Positions 29,049 through 37,428 of a DNA stretch of 64,000 bases are shown here, piece after piece; within the stretch, counting starts at the first letter, position 1; each line of letters begins with the position of its first letter. This stretch comes from Polyangiales bacterium. Lineage in GTDB: Bacteria; Myxococcota_A; Polyangia; Polyangiales; Polyangiaceae. The DNA lies in the NCBI GenBank assembly GCA_038231275.1, contig JBBRLQ010000015.1, positions 149,207 through 213,206 of the forward strand, written 5' to 3'. Under the pieces are notes generated by a model. That model made no database searches, was not told the origin of the DNA, and worked only from the letters and a program-made list of their open reading frames with translations. The position numbers were made by a program, and so were the translations under genes.

Positions 29049-30010
29049 CGAGCGCGCGGCACGCCGCGTTTTTTCCGAGCGCGCTCGTCCTCGTGGGCGC
29101 GCTCGGCTCCTGCACGCCGGGCGCGACGCCCGATCGCGGGACGCCGCCGGTAGCCCCCAGCGCGCCAGGCTCGGTCGCCACCCAGGTGACCGCGCCCGCT
29201 CCGAGCGACACCGCGCCGCCGACGGTCGCCTCGGCGCCGACGCCGCCTCCCACCGCCGTCCCGACCGACACGCTGCCGTCAACCATCCCGTCGGCGACGC
29301 TCCAAGCGCTCGCCGATCACCAGCGCAAGCTGCAAGCGCGCATCGAGGCCGCGCGAACGAAGATGAGCACGCGCGACGGCGCGGGCTGCCTCACGGAGCT
29401 CGACGCCTACGACAAGATCGAGCCGCGCATGACCGAGCCGACGACGAGCAAGGTCTCGCCGTACGCGATGTTCCGGGCGCAGTGCCTCATGCTCGCGGGG
29501 CAGTGCGCGGCCGGCAAGACGCTGTACCGCGACGCGCTGGAGCACAGCGCGGGCGCGGCGATGGGCCCCGACGCGCGCGAGCACTCGGTCGACGCGATCG
29601 TGGGCCTCTACTGCCAGGGCTCGAACCTCACCGATCGCGACAAGGTCATACGCGGCACGATGGCGCTGACGGACGGCGCCTACATCAACAAGCGCACGCC
29701 TGCGTTCTGCCGCGAGAACATCAAGACCCTCGAGGAGACCATCCCGAAGGTCCCGCCGCACGGCCCCGACGACAGCCAGATCATCAACGCGCCCGACGCG
29801 CTGCGCAACGCGGGCACCGCGTGCCTCGCGAAGGCGGACGACTGCCCCGGCGCCTGGACGTTCTACCAAGACAACGTGAAGCGCGTGGACCTCTACAAGT
29901 TCGCGGCGCCCGATCGCCAAGAGCTGATCAAGAAGAGCGCGACGATGTCCCCGAGCATCACGCGCCAGTCGTTCGAGGCGATCAACCGCAAGTGCGCGCC
30001 GAACCCGTAG
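29045..30010 (+). CDS. Lipoprotein consisting of a paralog of the upstream C-terminal helical domain
   Basis: GTGA overlap; lipobox LGSC; Pro/Thr linker; ARTKM..RDG.GCL.ELDA, IINAPDALRN and QELIKK shared with the upstream gene. Confidence 0.8.
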   Translation: MTSARHAAFFPSALVLVGALGSCTPGATPDRGTPPVAPSAPGSVATQVTAPAPSDTAPPTVASAPTPPPTAVPTDTLPSTIPSATLQALADHQRKLQARIEAARTKMSTRDGAGCLTELDAYDKIEPRMTEPTTSKVSPYAMFRAQCLMLAGQCAAGKTLYRDALEHSAGAAMGPDAREHSVDAIVGLYCQGSNLTDRDKVIRGTMALTDGAYINKRTPAFCRENIKTLEETIPKVPPHGPDDSQIINAPDALRNAGTACLAKADDCPGAWTFYQDNVKRVDLYKFAAPDRQELIKKSATMSPSITRQSFEAINRKCAPNP

Positions 30011-30021
30011 GGTAAGCCCGC

Positions 30022-32361
30022 TCAGCGTCGGATCGGGATCCTCACGAAGCCGTCCGCGTGCCACTCGACGTGGAGCGGCGTCTTGGCGTCGGCGCTCGAT
30101 TCGTCGCTCACGTCCTTGCCGGTGCCGTGGTTCACCTGCGCGAAGGCGTTCTTGTTCACGTTCAGGACGACGACGAGGCGGCTCCCGGCCTCGATCCGGC
30201 GGCTGACCATGCGGGTGCGCTCGAAGGGGATCATCTCGATCGCGCCCGGGACCAGAAGACGACGGACGCTCATATCGCGCGCGTAGCTGGCGCGACCGAG
30301 GTAGTAGGTCAGCGCGAAGTAAGCTCCGTCGGCCGTCTTCTCGTAGAGCTGAACGCCGACGTCCATGTCCTTCTTGTCGACACGGACGTGCAATTCGCCG
30401 GTGAAAATACCGTCGATCGACGCGGGATGGGCAAACGGCTCGCCTTCGAGCACTACGCCATTTCCCGCGTCGAGCTCGCGAGAGACGATGGGATCGGGGT
30501 AGTAGGAGTTGTTGCTCGTCGTGCGATCGGAGAAATCGATTTGCTGGGCGACGAAGCGCGCGCCGTCCGGCTTGGTCGTCACGAGGCGCGCGCCGTCGGT
30601 GTAGAGCGTCATCACCTCGTCGTGCATCTTCTCGATGCTCGGCGCGTGGCGCCACTCGTTGGCCCCCATGACCTCCCAGTTGACCTTGTCCTTCACGATC
30701 TCTGGGAGCGGGCCGCCGCGCAAGACGTGATCGAGCCATTGGAAGGTGATGGCCGTGGTGTCGATGCGGGCGACCGGATCGATCGCGTAGCCGCGTAGGA
30801 CGTCGGCGGGACGCCGCTGCGCGCCGAAGTGATCGTACGGCCCGATGAGCAGGTGGTGGCGCGCGTTCTTGGCGTAGCGCGTGTGCTCGGTGAAGTAGCG
30901 CAGCGCGGAGATCTGACCGTCGTCGTAGTACCCGGTGATGGAGAGGACGGGGATGTCGATGCGCGCGTACTCCTCGCGAACCGGAACCATCGCCTGCCAG
31001 TACGCGTCGTAGGACGGGTGCGCGATCCAGCGCTGCAGCAGGCGGTTCGGCACGCCGTCGACGCGATCGATCTCGCGGAATGGGCGACCGCTCGCGAACC
31101 ACTTTCCGGGGAGCGCGTTCCAGCGTGGCGCATCGAAGTAGACGCGATCGTCGTCCTCCTTGCCGCTGCCGACGTAGAACGCCCAACCGTAGTTGACGTT
31201 CAAGAAGACGTTATTTTCCATGGGCAACCCCTGCCCCGGGATCGCCGCCACGTAGGGAACGATGGTCTTCAGCGCGGGGTGGAGGTGCTTCGTCGCCGCC
31301 CATTGCGTGAAGCCTGCGTAGCTGCCGCCGTACATGGCGACGCGGCCGTCGCACCATCCCTGCTTGGCGAGCCAGTCGATCGTGTCGTGCGTGTCGTTCG
31401 CCTCGCGTTCGTAGGGAACGACCTCGCCGCTGCTCTTCCGCTTTCCCCGCGTGTAGGCCGCGACGCCGACGTAGCCGCGAGCCGCCGAGGCGAGCGCTGT
31501 CCTGTCGCCGCTCGTCGTGTAGATGCTGTAGACGAGGATCGCCGGCTGCGGTGTGGTCACGCGCCGCGGGCGGACAACGGTCGCAGAGATCTTGGCGCCG
31601 TCGCGCATGGGCACCAGGACCTCCTCGATCTCGTAGCGGCCGGCGGCGTCTTCTTCGAGGAGCGTCCTCCCGAGCGGGAGGAGATCGCGACGAACGACGT
31701 ACTCGGCGTAGCGGACGACGAGGTCCCCGGCCGCGCGGTCCGAAGGGGCGGATCGCGCGGCCGCGATGGCGCCTCGAACGTCGGCGACGGCGCCGTCGAG
31801 ATCGGTGTCGGTGCGCCACCTCGCGTGCTCGGCGGCGAGATCGTCGAGGCGCGAGAAGGTCTCACGGAAGGCGCTCTTCAACGCCTCGGCGAACGGCAAG
31901 AGCCCTCCTGCGTTGCCCGCGAGGCGCGCTCGTGAGTGCACCTCGAGATGCGTGTATAATACACGTGCGCGAGCCGCATCGTACGGGCGCGCGACGTTGC
32001 GCAGCCGGGCGAGCGCGGCGTTGGCGGCGGCGGGCTCCGCGGCGGCCACGAGCCAGAGCGCGCGGCGGCGGAGCGCCTCCTCGTCGTCGACGTCGGGCGC
32101 ACGGGCGACGAGCACGCGTGCGAGGCTGGCCATCGCGGAGGCTACCTCGGGCGAGTCGAGTCCCGCGGCGCTGACGCCCGCGTCGGATGTCGCGTCGAGG
32201 AGCACGGTGATGGAGTGGGTGAGCGATGCGACCGTCGCTGCCGGCGAGCCCGCGTCGACTGCGAACCCGATCGAGCGCTCCGGCGGCGCGGGGAGACTGG
32301 CAGGCCCTCCGCAGGCGGCGACCCATCCGAACGGCGCGAGCCACCAGCTCGAGGGGCGCAT
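30022..32361 (-). CDS. CocE/NonD family hydrolase (peptidase S15-like) lipoprotein
   Basis: PMRDGAKI, WCDGRVAMYGGSYAGFTQW, ITGYYD and IGPYDH motifs; lipobox VAAC; long helical N-terminal extension. Confidence 0.88.
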   Translation of the reverse strand: MRPSSWWLAPFGWVAACGGPASLPAPPERSIGFAVDAGSPAATVASLTHSITVLLDATSDAGVSAAGLDSPEVASAMASLARVLVARAPDVDDEEALRRRALWLVAAAEPAAANAALARLRNVARPYDAARARVLYTHLEVHSRARLAGNAGGLLPFAEALKSAFRETFSRLDDLAAEHARWRTDTDLDGAVADVRGAIAAARSAPSDRAAGDLVVRYAEYVVRRDLLPLGRTLLEEDAAGRYEIEEVLVPMRDGAKISATVVRPRRVTTPQPAILVYSIYTTSGDRTALASAARGYVGVAAYTRGKRKSSGEVVPYEREANDTHDTIDWLAKQGWCDGRVAMYGGSYAGFTQWAATKHLHPALKTIVPYVAAIPGQGLPMENNVFLNVNYGWAFYVGSGKEDDDRVYFDAPRWNALPGKWFASGRPFREIDRVDGVPNRLLQRWIAHPSYDAYWQAMVPVREEYARIDIPVLSITGYYDDGQISALRYFTEHTRYAKNARHHLLIGPYDHFGAQRRPADVLRGYAIDPVARIDTTAITFQWLDHVLRGGPLPEIVKDKVNWEVMGANEWRHAPSIEKMHDEVMTLYTDGARLVTTKPDGARFVAQQIDFSDRTTSNNSYYPDPIVSRELDAGNGVVLEGEPFAHPASIDGIFTGELHVRVDKKDMDVGVQLYEKTADGAYFALTYYLGRASYARDMSVRRLLVPGAIEMIPFERTRMVSRRIEAGSRLVVVLNVNKNAFAQVNHGTGKDVSDESSADAKTPLHVEWHADGFVRIPIRR

Positions 32362-32558
32362 GTCGCGACGCTAGAGCAGAAGTCCTTGTACCGTCGAGCG
32401 AAAGGCGCCTGAGCAGAACAAGCCAACGACGCCCCTTACATCTGCGTGACGATCGGTGGGGCCTGTCTTTCGTTGTAGCGAACCGGTCACGCGCGCACGT
32501 TCGCGCGTTGCTCCATTCGCGTGGGCGAGGTCGCTCACGAAAAAGAAGGAGCTCGACC

Positions 32559-32807
32559 ATGAAACGCATTCTCGTCTCGTCGCTCGCCTCGATCCTCGCC
32601 TCGGTCCTGGCGCTCTGCCTCGCGGGCTGCCCCGACGAGACGAAGCCCGAAGCCGCCGCCGACGCCGCCCCCGCGACTCCGGCTCCGACTCCGGCTCCGA
32701 CTCCGACGCCGATTCCGACTCCGACCCCGACTCCGAGCGCGGTAGCAGACGCCGCGACAGGCGCTCCGGCGGCCGATGCCGGCACGAAGCCCGCGGCGAA
32801 GAAGTAG
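32559..32807 (+). CDS. Small Pro/Thr-rich lipoprotein
   Basis: AAGGAG SD; lipobox LAGC; (PT)n tract. Confidence 0.75.
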   Translation: MKRILVSSLASILASVLALCLAGCPDETKPEAAADAAPATPAPTPAPTPTPIPTPTPTPSAVADAATGAPAADAGTKPAAKK

Positions 32808-32817
32808 GCCGCGCCAC

Positions 32818-32864
32818 AAAAGAAAAACGGCGCGCACCGCGGATGAAACCGCAGCGCGCGCCGT
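32818..32864 (-). terminator. Rho-independent terminator of the MYXO-CTERM gene
   Basis: Stem ACGGCGCGC/GCGCGCCGT (32827-32835, 32856-32864) followed on the minus strand by a T-rich tract. Confidence 0.65.
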
Positions 32865-32880
32865 CGTTCCGGTTCGCCGA

Positions 32881-34767
32881 CTAGCGGCGGTTGCGGCGGC
32901 GGCGGAGCGCCGACACGAGCGCGAGGGCGCCGAAGCCGAGGAGCGCCGGCGAGTTCTCTGAGCGGGTGGAGGCGGTGCTGCAGCTGCAGCCACCGCTGTC
33001 ACCCGAGCCACCGGTGCCGGCGTCGCCGGCGTCACCCGCGGCGCCGGACGTGCCCGACGTGCCCGAGGTACCGGACGTACCCGACGTGCCCGACGTGCCC
33101 GACGTGCCCGACGTGCCCGACGTGCCCGACGAGCCTGACGTGCCCGAAGAACCCGACGTGCCCGAAGAACCCGACGAGCCAGAAGAACCCGACGAGCCAG
33201 AAGAGCCCGAAGAGCCCGCGTCCGTCGCGACGCACTTGTTCGCGACGCACGTCGCGGTCCCGCTGCAGGTGCCGCAGGCGACGGTCCCGCCGCAGCCGTT
33301 CGTCACGGTGCCGCATTCGTTACCTGCCGGGCAGGTCGTCGCCGGCGTGCAGCCGCACACGTTCGTCGTGCCGCCGCCGCCGCATGTCTGCGGAGCCGTG
33401 CAGGTGCCGCAGTTGATCGTCCCGCCGCAGCCGTCCGGCGCGGTGCCGCAGTTCTGGCCCGCGGGGCACTGGGTGAGCGGCACGCAGGCGCACGTGTCGT
33501 CCGTGGCCACGACCGCGCTCTTGGTGCAGACCGACGGCGCCGTGCACTGGGCCGTCGTGGTGCACTGGACGCAGAAGTTGTGCTTGATGTTCGCCGCGTC
33601 GGTCTCGCAATACGGGACCGCGGCGCCGCAGTTGGTCTTGTTGTCGGAGCAGTTGCAGACGCGGCAACCGGCCGGCGTGTTCGCGGCCGTGCAGGGCGGA
33701 ACCGGCGTGCCGGTCGCGATGCAGTTGTTGTTCTTGTTGCTCCACTGCGTCTGGACGGTCCACGTTCGGCCGTTCACGCTGATGGTCCCCAAGGAACCGG
33801 AGAAGTTGGCGCAGATGTCGCCGATTTCGCCGTTGGTCGTGTCGTACCAGGCGAGGGGCGGACCGACGACGGTGGCGAGGCCGACCTGCGAGTCGGTCAC
33901 CGTCTCGATGATCTCGTGCGAGTGGACCTCGGTCGTGTTGCCGAGGTAGCTGCCCGCGGCGCCGCACGCACCGGCGCAGCCAGTGAGGTTCAGGTTCGGA
34001 TGGACGCCGTAGAGAAGGTGCACCGCCGTACCGCCGACGGTGATCGTCGCGGTCGTCGTGCCGTGGTACGCGCAGAACGACGAGCAAGACCCGGCGCCAC
34101 CGGGCGCCGTGACCTTGGTGATCGTAATCGGAAAGTCGATCATGTACATCGTGTCGGTGAAGCCGTCGCAGCCGAGCGTCGGCTTGGGCAGCGTGCCCGC
34201 GTTGACCTGCGCAATGAGCTCCGACTGGATGAGCGCGTCGCTGACGGTCGTGGTGGGGTTGCTCGGCGTGATCACCACCGTTCCGCCGTACGTCAGGCCG
34301 CGCGAAATGCCCTGGTTGGTCGTGGGGGCCGGCCGGCCGACCGTGTTGTACTCGGACAGCCAGTCCATGTAGTTGCTGTTCACGATGTCGCCGTAGAAGA
34401 GCGGCAGGTTCGCGGTCAGCGTCGCGTCGAGCGCGCCCCACGAGACGCCGACGATCTTGGCGTTCTGCACGACGGGGCCGCCGTGGTACGTGAGGTTTCC
34501 GCTCCCCGCCGCGGGGATGGGAGCCCCGGCGGCGGCTGCGGCGGCGCGCGCGGCCTCGTGGACGGGGCGCGTCGGCATCACGCCGAGCGGAATCCCGTTG
34601 CCCCACGTCGGGCGAACAACTTCGGCCGTGAGCTCCGCGGCGGCGGCGGCGACGACGGGTGCCTCCGACGACGAAGGGGCCGGTGTCGGACCCTCCGAGC
34701 TACACGCTAGAAGGGCCGCGGTGGCGGCGGTTGCGAATCCAAGGGCGCGCATCAAGGGCAATTTCAT
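32881..34767 (-). CDS. MYXO-CTERM surface lipoprotein with Phi-1/EXORDIUM-like domain and Cys-rich repeats
   Basis: Lipobox LLAC; LTYHGGPV, FCAYHG, SHEIIETVTD, WYD and GEIGDIC motifs; CGxxxxGCGG repeats; GCSC..hydrophobic..RRRR tail; GAGGAGG SD. Confidence 0.8.
   Translation of the reverse strand: MKLPLMRALGFATAATAALLACSSEGPTPAPSSSEAPVVAAAAAELTAEVVRPTWGNGIPLGVMPTRPVHEAARAAAAAAGAPIPAAGSGNLTYHGGPVVQNAKIVGVSWGALDATLTANLPLFYGDIVNSNYMDWLSEYNTVGRPAPTTNQGISRGLTYGGTVVITPSNPTTTVSDALIQSELIAQVNAGTLPKPTLGCDGFTDTMYMIDFPITITKVTAPGGAGSCSSFCAYHGTTTATITVGGTAVHLLYGVHPNLNLTGCAGACGAAGSYLGNTTEVHSHEIIETVTDSQVGLATVVGPPLAWYDTTNGEIGDICANFSGSLGTISVNGRTWTVQTQWSNKNNNCIATGTPVPPCTAANTPAGCRVCNCSDNKTNCGAAVPYCETDAANIKHNFCVQCTTTAQCTAPSVCTKSAVVATDDTCACVPLTQCPAGQNCGTAPDGCGGTINCGTCTAPQTCGGGGTTNVCGCTPATTCPAGNECGTVTNGCGGTVACGTCSGTATCVANKCVATDAGSSGSSGSSGSSGSSGSSGTSGSSGTSGSSGTSGTSGTSGTSGTSGTSGTSGTSGTSGAAGDAGDAGTGGSGDSGGCSCSTASTRSENSPALLGFGALALVSALRRRRNRR
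33044..33214. repeat. Coding 9-bp tandem repeat (Gly-Ser/Thr-Ser linker)
   Basis: About 19 units of CCCGACGTG-like sequence. Confidence 0.9.
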
Positions 34768-34962
34768 CCGTCCTCCTCGCCCAACTGAGCCGGGCGGCTG
34801 GCGCACTGAAGCGCGTGGACAAGCGTCTGTCCAGGACTACCGGGCGAATTTGTCCTACTTTTCGTCGGTCCGGGTCTTGCGAGACCCACTCCCCGCGTCT
34901 CGATGGGGCCTCCACTGCAGGGACCGGACCGTTCCGCTCCGCTGCGCCTCGCTTCGCTCCAC

Positions 34963-35370
34963 TCACCCTTCGACGAATTTCTTGAGCCGGGCGAGCGCTG
35001 CGTCCCACTGCGCGGAGATGAGGTCGAGGGCCTGTTGCGCCTCCTCGATGCGGCGCGGCTCGAGCTCCCAGACGCTCTCGCGCCCGTGCCTCGCCGCCCG
35101 TACGAGGCCGGCCCCCTCCATCACCCTCAAATGCTTGCTGATCGCCTGACGCGTGACGAGGGTGCCGGTGGTCAGCTTCGCGATCGACAGCGGCCCGTCC
35201 TCGCAAAGGCGCGAGACCAGGCGGAGGCGCGTCTCGTCCCCCAGCGCCGCGAAGACCTGCGCCGACTCGCCGGGCCCCAGCCGACCGGCCTCCGCCCTAG
35301 AGCGACCGTCCCTCGAATGGAACGGTCGCTCTATCCTTCTCGTGGGTCGCTCCAGTCGTTTGCCCGCCAC
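34963..35370 (-). CDS. ArsR/SmtB family transcriptional regulator
   Basis: FAALGDETRL, TRQAISKHLRVMEGAGLV, GRE and WDAALARLK motifs; start codon uncertain. Confidence 0.88.
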   Translation of the reverse strand: MAGKRLERPTRRIERPFHSRDGRSRAEAGRLGPGESAQVFAALGDETRLRLVSRLCEDGPLSIAKLTTGTLVTRQAISKHLRVMEGAGLVRAARHGRESVWELEPRRIEEAQQALDLISAQWDAALARLKKFVEG

Positions 35371-35372
35371 GG

Positions 35373-35882
35373 TCAAACGACTTCTGCTCTGGGCGTCTGG
35401 GCCATGTATTTCTCGACGAGGGTGACGACCATCTTCCAGCCCCCTTCGTTGGCCGCGAACGCCTTTGCGCGCCGGGCGAGAGGGATGCGGTCGAAGCCCG
35501 TCTCGGTGACGTTCAGGAGGACGCCGTCCTTGGTCTCCGACAGCGTGAACTCGATCCGCGTGGTGGGCTCGTCCGAGTAGTCGACGCCCGGCTCGATCGC
35601 GAACGGGTGCCAGCGGAACGAGAAGAGGCGCTCGGGCTCGATGCGGTCGATCGTGATCTCGAACGGGAAGCCGTCGAACTTGGACTGGAGCTTCGCGACC
35701 TCCGGATCGACGGTCGTGGGCGTCATCTTCCCCTTCATCACCTTGCCGGCGGCGAAGGGGCCGTCGAACCTCATCCCGAACCACTCCCCGAACTGTGCGC
35801 TCTCGCTGATGGCACGCCACACGCGGGCAAGCGGCGCGCGGAGCAGGATCGTCTTCTCGATGCGGTCGGTCTCGGTGCTCAT
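35373..35882 (-). CDS. SRPBCC/AHSA1 family protein
   Basis: IEKTILLRAPLARVWRAI, FSFRWHP and VTETGF..NEGGW motifs; GGAGG SD. Confidence 0.9.
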   Translation of the reverse strand: MSTETDRIEKTILLRAPLARVWRAISESAQFGEWFGMRFDGPFAAGKVMKGKMTPTTVDPEVAKLQSKFDGFPFEITIDRIEPERLFSFRWHPFAIEPGVDYSDEPTTRIEFTLSETKDGVLLNVTETGFDRIPLARRAKAFAANEGGWKMVVTLVEKYMAQTPRAEVV

Positions 35883-35884
35883 TG

Positions 35885-35942
35885 GCAACCTCCAGGTTGC
35901 ATATTTAGCCCGTCGCCGACGAAATGCAACCAAAAGGTTGCA
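35885..35942. promoter_or_regulatory. Two palindromic operators, probably bound by the ArsR regulator
   Basis: GCAACC-tcca-GGTTGC (35885-35900) and TGCAACC-aaaa-GGTTGCA (35925-35942). Confidence 0.7.
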
Positions 35943-35997
35943 CCTCGAGGTCGGCCCGGGCGATCCTCGGCCTGGTGTACGCTTCCCCGTGCGCGCC

Positions 35998-36768
35998 ATG
36001 ACCCCTCTGTCCACACGCCCGCCGCGGCACAAGCGCACGTACCTCATCAACCCGCGCTTCCAGCTGAAGTACACGGCGCTGCTCGTGGGCGTCGTGCTCA
36101 CGGTGGTGATCGTGCTGGGCGCCGTGATCGGGCGGACGGTCTCCGAGGCGACCGACTACGCGCAGCTCGCGGTCGCCGAGGCCGAGCGCGCGATGAACGA
36201 GAGCCGGACGAACTCGACGCTCGCGCACCAGAACGTGGTGCTCGCCGCGGCCGACAACCCCGAGCTCATGAAGATCATGGACGACGCGAACGAGGAGGCC
36301 GACAAGAAGGCCGAGCGCGATCTCGAAGAGGTTCGCAATCGCAGGGCCGAGATCGTCCGGCAGAAGTCGCGCATCCTCACGCTGCTCGTCGGCGCGGCCG
36401 TCTTGCTCGGCCTGCTCCTCGGCGCGATGGGTGTCCTCATCACGCACCGCGTGGTCGGCCCCGTCCACAAGATGAAGCGCCTCCTCCGGCAGGTCGGCAC
36501 CGGCCGCCTCGGAAACCGCGAGCGCCTTCGTCAGGGCGACGAGTTGTCGGATCTCTTCGAGACGTTCCTCCAGATGACGTACTCGCTGAAGGCGATGCAG
36601 AAGAGCCGTGTCGCGACGCTCGACGCGACGATCCGCGACGCGGCCGCCTCCGGCGCCTCCGCCGAGGTGATGGATGGCCTGCGCGCGCTGCGGGCGCAGA
36701 TGGTCCTCGGGCTCTCGAGCGGCGTCGGCCGGCGAAGCTCCATCCCCGCGCCGTCGGAGGGGCCGTGA
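35998..36768 (+). CDS. Two-TM HAMP-domain protein without catalytic output domain
   Basis: YLINPRFQLKY, two TM helices, THRVVGPV..LRQGDEL; alternative GTG start at 35989. Confidence 0.8.
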   Translation: MTPLSTRPPRHKRTYLINPRFQLKYTALLVGVVLTVVIVLGAVIGRTVSEATDYAQLAVAEAERAMNESRTNSTLAHQNVVLAAADNPELMKIMDDANEEADKKAERDLEEVRNRRAEIVRQKSRILTLLVGAAVLLGLLLGAMGVLITHRVVGPVHKMKRLLRQVGTGRLGNRERLRQGDELSDLFETFLQMTYSLKAMQKSRVATLDATIRDAAASGASAEVMDGLRALRAQMVLGLSSGVGRRSSIPAPSEGP

Positions 36769-37292
36769 CCGAGATCCGCGCGCTGGTCGACGACGCGATC
36801 AATGTACTCTGCATGCGCTTCGAGCAGGGCGGGTACAACCCGACGCCGATCATCGATCTCGGCGTCCTCGTCGCCCGCGCGGACGGCAAGGTCGACGCCG
36901 CCGAGAAGAAGGCGCTGCGTGACGTCTTCGAGGCGCTGCTCGACGAGCGGCTCAACGGAGAGGTCGTCGGTCATCTCGTCGCGGCGAGCCTCGAGGTGAT
37001 CGAGATGGCGGGCGTGGAGCCGCGCGCGAGACTCATCGCTGAGATCTTGAAGGACTGCGACGCGGTCGAGCAGGGCATCGTGGTGGCGCTCGGCATCGCG
37101 TTCGCGAGCGAGGGCCTCTCCAAGGGCGAGCGCGCGATCATCACCACGGTCGCCGACGCCGCCGGCCTCTCGCGCGCCCGCCTCGACGCGTTGATCGAGC
37201 AGGTCCGAAAGCGCCTTCCCGAGGACGGCGGACCGACGAGCGCGCGCGACTCGCTGCACGGCCCGGCGGCCAAGCGCGTCATGCCGGACTGA
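36765..37292 (+). CDS. TerB family protein
   Basis: VARADGKVDAAEK and IAFASEGLSKGERAII motifs; GTGA overlap. Confidence 0.75.
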   Translation: MTEIRALVDDAINVLCMRFEQGGYNPTPIIDLGVLVARADGKVDAAEKKALRDVFEALLDERLNGEVVGHLVAASLEVIEMAGVEPRARLIAEILKDCDAVEQGIVVALGIAFASEGLSKGERAIITTVADAAGLSRARLDALIEQVRKRLPEDGGPTSARDSLHGPAAKRVMPD

Positions 37293-37400
37293 GGATCGGC
37301 GTCTGGCGCCCCCGCGCTCGCGCGCGATCCTCGCGGGGCCTCGCGAGACGGATCGGGGTCGATCCGCGGACAAAAGCGCGGAATCACTGAGCTCCTCCGT

Positions 37401-37416
37401 TGGTACGGGACGCGCA
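37401..37416 (+). promoter_or_regulatory. Possible sigma-54 promoter
   Basis: TGGTACGGGACGCGCA, GG-N10-GC; ATG 37429 at about +3. A GAGGAG SD-like sequence is also present, so this is ambiguous. Confidence 0.35.
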
Positions 37417-37428
37417 GTGAGGAGCGCC

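Noticed and set aside
33044..33214. Tandem repeats as a possible CRISPR array
   Set aside because: 9-bp units with no unique spacers, in frame within a coding linker; no cas genes in the window
32881..34767. Possible traA
   Set aside because: It has a Cys-rich stalk and MYXO-CTERM, but the distal domain is not recognisably PA14-like and no traB follows it
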